Assembly: GCA_977030845.1 (NCBI GenBank)
Contig: OZ365115.1
Coordinates: forward strand, 29,202,001-29,266,000
Direction: 5' to 3'
Origin: Fimbriosthenelais zetlandica
Taxonomy: Eukaryota
DNA length: 64,000 nt
This document shows, piece after piece, positions 25,564-37,900 of the stretch. Numbering within the stretch: position 1 is the stretch's first letter; each line of letters begins with the position of its first letter. The notes under the pieces are model-generated. The model did not search any database. It saw nothing but the letters and a program-made list of their open reading frames with translations, and was not told the origin of the DNA. A program made the position numbers and the translations under genes.

Positions 25564-28500
25564 ATCATATCTCAATAAGAGGCCTTTTAATTGATGGAGA
25601 TACTATAATTGTATCGCCTCGAGCCATTTGCATGCTTTTCAATGACTCTCCTGTTTGCTCAAGGTTTATGAACAACCAATAATAATTCATCACTTTTATG
25701 TCAAGTCAAGCTTGAATTTAAAGCGGCATCCTGGAAGTTTTCCATGTCAAGAAAGAGACAAATGAAGGATAATTAGTAGCAAGAAATGATGGATGCTCTC
25801 TATCAAAAAATTATGTTCTCCATGAAAAAATACAAGCTTGCAATCAATCGCTGGGTTGATGGTAGAGATGAGAGCTGGATGTAGAAAGGCGTGTTTGATT
25901 TCCACTCTCTTAACGTCTATCTAGGGAGATGGTCATCCATCATAGTAGAATTAGTCACATCATGATTAGCCCCGCTCATCCATCAGTTCACAAGGTATAA
26001 ACTTCCCCGGGATAAGAAGCAAAGCTGCTGACTCAGGCTCCCGGACAGTGGATGTATAAATCATGAATTATGGGGAATCAAATATGGCAGACATGGCTAA
26101 ATGCACAGCTGTACTGCTGCTGTATGCATGTGATTTCTGATTGCTAGTAGGCCTACGCAGAGCTGCTCTAGCTGCTCTCAGGACTCTGATATCAGGGTTA
26201 ATCCCCTTTGCCCCTGATCCTCTACTGCTCCTATTCGCTCCTCCCCTTCAGTTCAGACCCCTCTCTTCATTCTCCTGCTCTGTGGTACCTATTGTATTTA
26301 TCGTGTGGGTGAATCTCTACATATTGCTTTGTATACAATAATTTTTCACTGAATTGAGTTTAATGCATACGGAACAGCCTTGGATCGCTGATCAAAGGTC
26401 CCAATATGAGCTATATTAGGATTCAATAAAGAAAACGAAGTATCTACTGAATCTATTCTTGTTTCACCACTCTCATTCAGTTTGGCATATCATATATTTA
26501 GCCTATAGTCCTCTATTGAGCATTAGCTTTTCTTGCACCGCTGAAGCAAAGCCTCCAGTTGGTGAAAATACTATTCAGGTGATGTATCCATTCCACACAC
26601 ATTCGGACCTCCCTATAGTAATCTCCCTCTAAATCACCTTCTCTTTATGAGTTGATCTTCCTGATAGCAGGAGAGGCGGTTCGCTATCAATCCATCCCAC
26701 CCGTGGCAGATTAACTTAATGACTCTTTAATCCATAGAGATAATCTTATCTCTACTTGCCACTACATCACGATGCTCTGGTATCGCGCCTTCATTGTGAT
26801 GACATGATAGGCCGTACGACTTCACCCTGGGCAGGATGTGCTGCAGGCTGAATGAATTGTATATAGGCCTAGTTGGGACAACCTGAAAAAGCCTGTCAAT
26901 CTTCTTTTAAGGGCTCTTATAAAGAAAAGGAGACTTATAGGCTCCCATATCAGTACCTTGAGAAAATATGAGTCAGTGGGAGAAATTGTCAGAGCAAGAT
27001 ATATTATGCATTTCTATTCCTAAATGTCAATACATGTAATAGTGTTTTTGCTACCCTGACTTGGCCATTTCTATTCCATCTAGTCTGACTTAGGATTCTG
27101 GTTTTCTATTGCTGCTAATGGGTGGAATATTATGCCACTCGTGATGAAAACACCATTGAGTTAACGCAACCGAAAGCTGACAGAATCCTGATTTCATCCT
27201 GCCAACTACTTGGTACATGGCAGTATATCAGCCATGAAGAAATCCCCCTACCACACCCCACCAGCCCACCCTAGTGGATCTCCTAATCCCAGCTGGCATT
27301 TTTATGTGGGATTTTGACATGCGTGCGCTGTCACTACATCTTATCAACATCCCATCTTTCTCTCCTTTATTTCTTTATTTCATCTTTCTCTCGTGAAATT
27401 TCATTGCACGACTGGCTTAAAATGTCTCGGAATGTCTTGAGTGCAATTCATGCATTTCGTGGCAGTACACTTCCTTTGACCATAAAGTACTTCTGCTGTT
27501 TTGCAGAAAGGATTTTTTATATTGCGCTGAAAGATTTAGATGTTCCCTTCCTTTCACATTCATTAACTGGTACACAGTTCTCAAGTACACTCCACTCCAC
27601 CATAATACAGACAGAGACATTTTAGATTATGCTTGGTTTCCTGAAAGGTCAAATTCATGCATAGATCTTCAGCATATACTTCTGGCAACGTTGCAATAGA
27701 AAACCCTATGAAAAATGGCTGAGTAGAAGACACGAAAAGGAAGTGTGCTTTCCGTGGCCCCTAGCGGCCTTTCCCATATCCCCTGGTAGATTAAGTGGGT
27801 GTGGATTCATTGCTGGTATCTGTATTGGTGTGGAGGGAGGATACCTGGGAGATCTAACCCTCTCTTCATAAACCACTAATCCCACCCGCGGCCCAGCCTC
27901 CACCTGCGCCCGGGCACGCACTGAGCCGAGCCCCATCCCCGAGCCTTTAATTCACACCCTTGCGTGTTCTTCTTAACGCATCTTATCCCCGACTGACAAG
28001 TGAAGGGACTTATCTCTGCCAGCAAGATGCCCTGTCAGTGTCTGTCAACGCCCCACTGGGTGCAGACCTTAGCTATAGGGACTTTACAATGGCTGAATCA
28101 TCCATTATCGCCCAGTCATGTGATCCACAAGGGCTGTCAGGCCTCACTGTGGTGTTTTATAGGCTGTAATGAGCTCCTCGTGGTATACATAGGTGCCAGC
28201 AAGTGGGGCGGTAGTGGATCAACTCAACTCCTGAATTATTACTTAAAATTTATAAAAAGTGCTGATCTATTGCCTGAAGAGTGAAGGGAACGATAAAGCC
28301 CCGATTTTCAATGGGGATTGTTTGATCGCTGCCTGACATAAATATACATTTGTATATACTACTCAAGTTTGCTGAAAATGAAGAAGGCGCATTCTTTATA
28401 TGTACTGTATAGTGTTATGAACTTATCCCAACTCCATGTATTAAATTCCAACAGTGACTTGGTTTCCATCCAGAATCACTTTTTCCAGCTGAACTGTCAT

Positions 28501-28699
28501 GGACGATTATACTAGTAATATCTACAACAAGTACGCTATATGAATTATTAACATCCATCCTTTCTTCCATCCATGTTCCTACCATTACTCTTTCTTCCCC
28601 AGACCCCTTTGAATTTAATTAATTTCAGAATACAATGAGTGGTTAGCCTCATTGTAGTGTCACCAATTTAATTAACAGTCTTCCTTAATGAGCGAGAAA

Positions 28700-29160
28700 G
28701 ACATGGAAAGGATGATAAACATAAGTGTTACATCTGCATCACTGACGACAATAGGCTTTGTACCATTGTCTCATCTATTTTATTGCTCATTGTCCTCAAT
28801 ATTGTTTGCCTTACTGGAGCCAGCTAAGCTTGTTCAGCACACGCTTTGTTTCTCTGATTTCATTAGCCGACTGTCATCATCCACAATACAATATTATTAT
28901 ATGCATCTATCGATTCATGACAGTGACGTGTGGCAGAACCATCAGAATGAATCTTTCTTCTACCTACTTTCTACTATAAGACATTCTCAAAAGATTCGAA
29001 AAGTTTCAAAGCAGTAACGGCAGTTTTTTCTCGAACCTTCCATCATGAATCATTCCTTTCAATATTTTGTTCTTTCGTGCTCTTGGCAAAATTGCCAACT
29101 TGCTGTCGCCTTTTTGTCTTTTGTCCTTATCGATTTCTTTACTTCTTTGTTCATTCTATG
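28700..29160 (-). mobile_element. Decayed Crypton/DUF3504-type (tyrosine-recombinase-derived) transposon fragment
   Basis: Hand translation of the minus strand across stops and a frameshift gives GNFAKSTKEQNIERNDS*WKVREKTAVTALKLFESF, then LIVESR*KKDSF*WFCHTSLS*IDRCI..IVDDDSRLMKS...GTKPIVVSDAD. This resembles the family pattern RFA..EEI...NT..T..A..F / EARKKDG..Y..SL..I.R.L..I..D..F..S / I..ED. Pattern recall only; no search was run. Confidence 0.45.
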
Positions 29161-32100
29161 TTGAATCTTACTATCTTATGCGAATCCTGAATTCTTACAT
29201 TTAAGTTGACATTTTATGCAGTTTTTACATTTAACTTGACATTTTGTGCTTCTTTGACACAGGCTAATATTTTTTATTTACCTTGCATGGGACTCTTGAA
29301 AGGTTTTGGCAATAAAGCAATCAATATGAAGTGAGCATCTCCTGAATTTGCTTATCACCAGTTCTCAGCCTGGGGTTTCACCCTGATGCTTGTAGAGGCA
29401 TGATACCATCAGACAAATATAAAGAAGCTGTTAGACAGGACCTGACTGCAGTCCGGGCCCCCGGGTTTTCTATGTTGGTAATCCATCTCCACTTCTCTTC
29501 ACCACCTCCCGCCCCAGAGTGTACCGACCCCGAAACCTCCTGACCCACATAGATTATTCTGGATAGATGCAATACATTTTTCCAGCTGCCATCCTGTATT
29601 CCCACATACGAGGAACTACCCATGCCCATGACCTGCTTCTCTGATGCATTACTTCGATCCGAGGCATTCTCTTGATCTGCTTAGTGGCTCCCTCCAAAGA
29701 TCCATTTTCATTCTTAAGCCCTACTTGAGGCAATACTCTGTAGCGGACATGCAACATCATTTGACAGATAGCGGTGCTCCATTGGTGTGATGTATCCCTT
29801 AAAGTCCAGCCTTGAATGTATCATCAACATTTATCATCATCTAACTGCCATGACCAGAATAATAATGGCCTCTCCTAATGGTCCCTACATCAAATACAAG
29901 TATTCCTCAAATTGTAACTGACCATTATTCCCTCACTAGATTTGAAGCACAATAAATTAACGTCCATAATATTCAATCTAACCCCTCTCAGGATATCCGG
30001 CTAACATGTTTCCTCCCGTTCTTATGGAAAATGTAACATTAGCAATCTCATTTTAGAGCTTTGTACCGAAGCAAACGCTTATTTTTCCAATTCAAATAAT
30101 TCAGACCTGCCAAGAAAGTCTAGTCAAATCCTCACAGCATTGATACTTTAAAGTTATAAAAATCCCCAAAAGTAAATGTTGCTGCAATAATATGCCAGAG
30201 GCACTTTGAATGAATGGCGAGACGTTGGCTAAAAAACTTTATTTACTGTTAACGACAACTCTCCACCAACATGTCAGAGCCCATTTGTGGCAGAGTTATG
30301 AGAAGGTGACTTCCTGTTTTCTCCAACATGTTTGTTGCTCCTTCAATATGGAGTTTCAATCAATCAATTATATATTTAGGTTTTCTTTGATTTGTGTTAT
30401 TGTGTGGAAATACCTTGCGAATAATTTTTACAAAATTAGTTTCTTATGACCTCGGCATGTTATCAGGTGGTATGTTTACTTTTTATCCATACTTGGGAAG
30501 AAAAAGGAGACGGTAGCCTGGCCAAGAAGATAAACCAATGTTCATGGTTTTCTTGGCCATCTATGCAGCCCTGGGGAGAAGGCCCTAACTGTTATACTAC
30601 TCAAACACTGTCAGCAGTAAAACTTCTGTACGCACATTTCTTCCCAGTACCTTTTAAGTTCTCGTGTTTAGGCACTTTGATTTGGATGTCTGGGGAATGT
30701 TTACTGCGATACTGCAGAAAACTTATACGATAGGTTATATATCTAATTGCATTCATTTTGCATTAGTAATGAAAGCAAGCAGGTTTATATATCATCCAGG
30801 AGGTATTCAATAATCTGATATCCACTCCTGTCTATGTCGATTTAAGGCTGATGAGCAGCTCTGCTGACATTAACTGCTCTGAAGTGAGAATTCCAGTCCA
30901 GAGGCATCGCCCTATGGTTTTAAACATGACCATAAAATGAACCAAAATTGTTCAGTCACGCCTGCTCAATTAAATCATACTGTTCTTTAATTAGGTCATT
31001 ATAATAGGGTTGATTGCCTTCATACCGACAGGATCGGACAATTTAAGAGCCGAATGAGGGAACAAGCAAGTGAGCAGATGGGTTTTCTTTAACAGTTTCT
31101 TTCTATACCTTTAAAATAAATATGTATAAGCCAGGGGCAGGAGCGACTCTTGGGCCATTATCTGATTCTAATCTCATTCATTTTACTGGTTCAATCCCCG
31201 GTGCAGCTACATGCCTATAGATGTGCATTAAGAAGGCTTTATCATCATATCCCTCAGTGGCTATCAACCATCTGCCCTTTTCCTCTTAGGAAATCAGAGT
31301 GCGTCCCACAAGGATGTGATTCTTCCTATCCTGCCATTCATCCTCAGTCAACTCATGGCTGAGTATTTGTCGGTTTATGACAATTAAATGGCATCCACTT
31401 CCCCTGAGACGCTCAACAAAGCTTGGCTTCCTATACTTGTTCTTCTACCACTACTTGATCTGAATACCTCTCGACTTTGGAGCAGTTTAATTGAATTTCT
31501 TTTGTTTTCCGAGACATGTTTGATGGAGCTTTTCACACAAACAATGTCATGTCTGCTTTGCCTGCCTTCCACTGTTTTTTTAACACAATCCTTCAAAACA
31601 GAATTTAGACAGATGTAGGCTTATCCCTTATGGACAGTAAAGCCCATCAATCTATCTGTCTATCCACCCATCTGTCTCCCCGCCCATCATCCATCCCACC
31701 ATCCACCTCGCCATCCCATATCTCATCGGGGATTTTGATTTGATATGCTGTGGGATTTCATCTCATGCAGACTGAGGGATATCCTGTGGAGATTGGTTTC
31801 AGTGCCCTGTCTGTAGAACTGGGATCCCTTTGGTGTGAACACTATATAAGACATAATGGAAGTAAGTCCAGTGTAAACTTCCATCTTCTCCTATTATCGC
31901 TCACATCACATTGGAGATTGCGTCTGACTGCATCAGTATATACCACAATCTTCTACTAGTTGAAAAACCCCCTCCCTTCCCTAAAAGACTGGGGAATAGT
32001 TTTCATTATTTATCCTGGCGTTTTCCTTAGCCATTTTTCTACAATCGTAAGGGACTCTGATAAAAAGATCAAAGCTAAAAGCTGCACCGGGTCCTGCATA

Positions 32101-35100
32101 TTATCTTTTTCCTCTCCACTTTTTTCTTTCCTCTACATCTTCCTAAGATGCATGACGAACAACACGCAACAGATTATATCTGAAAAACCTAGTAAATTGG
32201 GGAAAAATTCATTATAATAAATACAGGTATACGTATAGTTATTTAGCCCTGAATTGAGGTCTATCTTGAGATGGCTATTTGAGTCTGGTAAAAACCTGAC
32301 TGCCTCCAAATTAGTTTCTAATGGCGTGCACGCAAATGTTGCTCTGACTCCCCAACCAACCCCCAGGCCACAGCTCTGTGATTAACCTTTTTACCTGGGA
32401 AGGTGGCCTTAAAGTCCACTAAACCTGGGCTAATTGCTTGTGGGTGCTGCTGCTACTACCATCTTAACCCAGAGGTTCCTGTCAACCCCACCGACATATA
32501 TTCCCCTAATTGAAATCTACCCAAGGGTTTTAGGATAGGACTTTAAAGCAAGGCTCATTTACTCGGTTACAGTTCCTGACTGTTCTCGTAGCAGTGAGCC
32601 TAGGATATTTTGAGATTTTATGTTGAAGCAAAAATGCATCATGCGATGCACAAACAAAATGAAGTCGTTTCTCATTCTCATGTAATCAATTATGCATTTG
32701 AAGAGCCCCATTATGAAAACTCAACGTGTTCTCACAAGATTTGATTTACCACCTTGCTTTGTCAGCTGCAGGGATAAACATAATGGTTTTTAGGCAAAAG
32801 CTTCCATTGGTTGACTGATATATCATGTGACAATCAATAAGCACGTGAATGGGCGCCGCCGGCCCATCATGTGACTTGTTGCTGAGGTGATTATAGCAGC
32901 TGCATCGTGCTGCATGGTCTTTTCACTTCAAGGCTCTTGTCTAACTGATTCTCTCAAGAATCTCCGATGATTCATATCGAACTTTACTAATCAAATGGGC
33001 ATTGAAATTACTTTTCATTGCATTTCTGTATAGAGCCTATATATTGGGCCAAACTTGGGAAAACTGCAGTAAGGGGTATGTACGTGGTTCGGGACATTTA
33101 AAGGCATTGAAATACAATTCAAGGTTACAAAACCGTTACCAGCCGAACTGTGCAACAAAATCCTGTAAACTCAAACTCAAAATGGGCCAACGTATCACTT
33201 GATCTCCTTGGATTTATTCAACGTTGATTGAAAATAGTTTCCTGAAAGTTGAGTTTCACATTCGGGGATTCTATCCTTGGAGAAATTCTACCAAGAATTC
33301 AAAGCAGTTATGGGAACGTTTCAAGAAATGCCCGAGGAACAATCTAGAAGAATAATTACCTCCATTTCCCTCTAGTGAATAATTTAGAATGTCCCTGGCT
33401 GGATATTAAATTGAGAAGATAAAAATCGTAGTTGAGCTCATGTTTCAGAGATCAGAGCACGGGTCCTGCAATTGGAAATGGGAAAGCTGTATAGTCAGCA
33501 AACGTTCATGTGTATCCAATGCAAAGTTATGTTCAAGCTTCTGATATGGCATATCTTTAAAATGGCCTTATCCTTGAAGTCTTTTCCCTGAGAATACGTT
33601 GATGGAATGTTCTGCATCAATTCTCCTGCCAGAAACTAAAAAAGCTGTGATATCTCCAGACTACATGAGCTCAGTGGATCAGACCCCTTGTGTGGATCAG
33701 GGCAGGCGGTATTTACTTTGTCTCCAGTCGTTACTCTGCGGTGATGGACACACTGATAGGACTATTTATATCTAATCCCACCCCAAATAACCTTGTTTAC
33801 ACAGTCGTGATCTTCAATGTTGTCCTAATCAGTGTTGGAACCAGCTTTCTGTTGTTCAACCTATATCGCCTGTATACACTCTCTGCTTCTGTCAATAGTC
33901 GAGCCTCCCAATAAATGGCATGTACCTGTACGTCCCAAATGGATGTGCTGACATAAGGCAAGCAGGACATGTTCTCGAAACAAACCAACTGTTGATTCAA
34001 CATTTCTGATTAAGCAGGGCCGCAGACTTCCCGACTACTAATGGATCTTGCATATATTATATATATACGCTCCTGAAGCAGAAGAAACTCACATCTAATA
34101 TGAATCAACAGATATGTAGATTTCTGCAACCTTTAGAACACACATTTCAGACATCTGGGATTTCTAACATTCGTCTTTTAGTAAGCCTTCCCTATAACTC
34201 TTATAATGTGCTATCTGCATTAATCTCTACGCCCTTTTGCAATTCAGTTCTATATAATTATATATGCTCTTTAATGGTGCTGCCTCACTCAGGTATCACG
34301 TCGCAGGCACATGACATGATACCTCACACCAGACCCACCAGTCCTAGTACTCTCAGGTTAATGCTGAGTGCCAAGCGAGGGAGCCACTTGCACCAAAGGT
34401 TTTAGTCTTTGGTTTGAGCTTGGGACTTGACCCAGCTATGGTTTGAACGGGCGAAACGGGACAGTGTTACAGGACAGACTCTCTACCTATACACCATCCT
34501 AGTGATCTTGCTCCATCCTCCCATAGCAGGATGTCTTCAATTCGTTATAGAAACTTACAGTTTGGTAGAACTCACCCTGCCTAGGGAGGATACATATAGC
34601 TCCATCCCAGGTGTACTTTGCACATAATTATACAGTCATCATCTTCCGGGGTATTGTGCAAGGTAAGCAGTGACGTTCCCAATACTGGGCAAGAAATATT
34701 GGAGTCTATTGTCATGCAGAAAACATTCCCATCTCGTAATTACTGCTAAACCTTCATGGCAGCCAGATGAATCAGGAGGAAAGGGCCCATATTCAAGCAC
34801 AGGTGGTGAGGAGAATAGAGGTGGACGTTTTTTATGAGGCACAGGTGTCAGTTATTCCCTTCTTTTCACAAGACATTAATAATTCCTTTTGTAGTGATTC
34901 TCATATTTTCTGGTGGAGACATACATGGTGCTCTGCTCCTGGGGTGTGAAAATGCCACGCATTGACATTAATACAGAAAAGCCATATGCTTTATATACTG
35001 ATCCCTGCCACCCTGGTTATACATTCCCAACTTCTGCTCTATGTATTCCAATATCGTGGCTTAAATAGATCTTTTTATGCATACTTGTCGTTACTGAAAT

Positions 35101-37074
35101 AACTGAAAAATAAGCTATACATTTTTTTTCATTGACCAGTGCTGCTATAGTACGTTCCATAAAAGAGAGATAAAACAGAGATTTCTCTGGTTTTCCCCAT
35201 TGAAATTGATTAATCGTGACTGTCCTGTCATGAGCAAAATAGATTTTGATTGTTGCTGTCTCACCAAGCCTGTTAGAAGGGTTACAGTCGGCTTTGAATC
35301 CCCACACGAAAGTGGATTGGATGAAGTGTCCTTTCTCCTGTTGGTTCTCAGATGGGAATTCACGATATATCTCTGTTGACTAGGCGTTTGTCCTTATCAG
35401 CCTCAAGTATTCTATCTGGAGCATAGATTCATCTTTCTAAGTTCTTACTGCGTCCTGCACTTCCAGCCTGGATCTTGTCCCCTCTGAGTGGATGCCTCCA
35501 TAATGGTGGCAGGTCATATATATCCCCACTAACTGGATCCCTACCATGATTGATTGACAGAAAGTGGGACCTCTACACAAGGGTGCTAACCCATTCAGCC
35601 AAAAAATAGAAAGGCCAAAATGGAATGGCAAAGAAGGAGAGTGGTTAGGGCGGAGATGGAAGGGAACCATGGGCCTCCCAGATACCATTAGATAATCCCT
35701 GCGGGGAATCAATCAAGTGGTCACGTGCCCTCATCTATTGCTCATGTGATCTCTTCTTGTGAAAGAAACGCCTATTTTTCCTCTCTGCCCAAAGTTGTAA
35801 ACTGCCAGTTGGCAAAGTGAGGAAGGAAGGGAAGGGAAGGTCGTATTCATACGCGACTCTTTCCTGCTTTATCCCATTGGGACTCTCTTCTCGCTGCGCA
35901 CTAATACACATCTGGAGGGGTGATTTGTCAGGGGACCCAATAACGCCCCAAGCGAGCTGGGGACTACTTCCTCTCTCTTTAATGTGTGGCTCTGGAGTAG
36001 TGTGAAATAAACACTTCTATTCTATCATATTTGTGACGCTCCTGATTCAATTGCTGTGAAGTGCCAACTCGATTTTACAGCTGAAGTCTTCTGAACGAAA
36101 TGTTTATAAAGGGTTTCTTTTCTTAATGAATGTTCTATTTCCTGCCTGAGCTCCCAGGGTTGGATGCCTTGCTGAGCCTGAGTCCCACATGGACGCTTCC
36201 CTAACCTAGCATCCCTTGTCTGCAATGTGCTCGTAACTTATCTCGTCCACAGGGTTTCTGTAATCTGCAGGTTGACACTTTCCACCATTTTCCCATGGAA
36301 CCCATCCAGACAGTCTCTATACCACATTGATAGAGACTGCTGCACTAAGTCTTACTATTGTATTTTTGTTATTATTAATTTCATTTCTGTTCCAATTGAA
36401 AATAAATTGCAACTTGAATAAGAGAATTAAAAGGAGCTTTTCAGTAGAGAAAATAAAAGTTTCTGACCGGTACAAATTTAGTCTTGGAAGGGTCAAGTAG
36501 TTCAAAATCCATTTATTTATTCTCTTTGCCTAGGCAGTACAGGCAGTCCAACTTCCGGGTCATCCACACCAGCGCCATCTCATGGCTCCCCTGACGATCA
36601 GCACATTGGAATGACAATGAGCGGGAGAAGCAGGGGGGATTTAGGGTGTAAAGGCCAGGGGCTAAACCCAGAATAAGTGCTCCGTTGCCAGAGTGATTCC
36701 TCACACAAATGCAGCAATTATGGCCGTGTTCCACAAAACCCTGCAAAATGTGAACTGCTACGTTTTATGCCCCCCCCCCCATAAAACAGAGTAATTTACT
36801 TTCAATATTTACTCTGACCATGTCTAAGATGATCTATGATTAATCAGCATTGCAAAATATGATCAAAATATTGTATGTGATCAAGATTGGTGGAAATTGT
36901 GTGAATTGTGTGAACACTGAATTTGTGGCTAAATAACGTTGTTTACACTGATGTCGTCTGTGCATGCATGTTCTTGATGAATTATTGCTCTAGCCAAATT
37001 TTCATACTTTAAATCAAGTTCATGATTCTTTCAGAAAGTTTCTGCTGAAATTAGAAACTTGAAAATTAAATCAT

Positions 37075-37900
37075 CCAGGCTGATCCTGACTCATAAGGGA
37101 CTTGCTCAAACTACCTCGTTCTAAACTTGGATTATTTTTCCTCTGAGACCAAAAAAGGCGGAGTAGATCGATGAGAATTAGATCTTTGGCCAGTGAGTGA
37201 TTGGCCAGCCACTGCACAGTGATACAAGACAGGAGAGGAAGAGGGGCTAGATCAATGTGAATAAATCCTATTATCTCCAACTGTATATCTGATACACTGG
37301 GATAAATAGGCGATCAATATATGGATCCTCTCTCTACTGAAGGATGTGTCCTTTTCTAAATAGATATTAGCCATACCATGCTTCAGCAATGTCCTCTCTA
37401 TAGCCACTTCTTTATCTAAGTCTGCCTGCCTGGCAGCTTTCACCAGCAACCTTTCAAAGTCACTTGCGTCAAGATTTGTCCCGTGTCAAAATATTTTCTT
37501 CATGGTCCCTACAGGAATGAAAATGTTTTTGAACTTCATTCATGATTCAGAGGAACTGAAATCTTCTGAAATGCAAACGAAAATTGTTAAAAAGTTCTTC
37601 TTCAAAGTTTGAGAATTTACTTGTCTGGAGAAGTTCTCCGTCTCAGCAACTACAGTGATATATGAACATTGAGAAAGTACTGAAAGGGCTAGAGGTTGTT
37701 AGATATTCTCAGTGAAGCTAGATTCCTTTACATCTTAATGGATGAAATTTAAATCAAAGCGAGGAAGCGTCTGTATTTCCCTGGTCCCATTTAAGCTCAT
37801 TAAGATGTGGCGATCATGTTGCTAGATGGCTTCAAGGCATTCCTTCAATTCTCCACGTGTGAACACTTGTCTCGGAGCGGAACTATTTTGACATTCCTGC
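37075..37900 (-). pseudogene. Decayed coding remnant of unknown family
   Basis: A single minus frame stays mostly open for ~215 codons with a handful of stops (…DASDFERLLVKAARQADLDKEVAIERTLLKHGMANIYLEKDTSFSRERIHILIAYLSQ…). It then shifts into a second frame (EIIGFIHIDLAPLPLL…DLLRLFWSQRKNNPSLERGSLSKSLM). Confidence 0.4.

Noticed and set aside
36763-36786. TTTTATG-C run-CATAAAA stem-loop
   Set aside because: A short AT-rich stem at chance level, probably a homopolymer in a repeat remnant.
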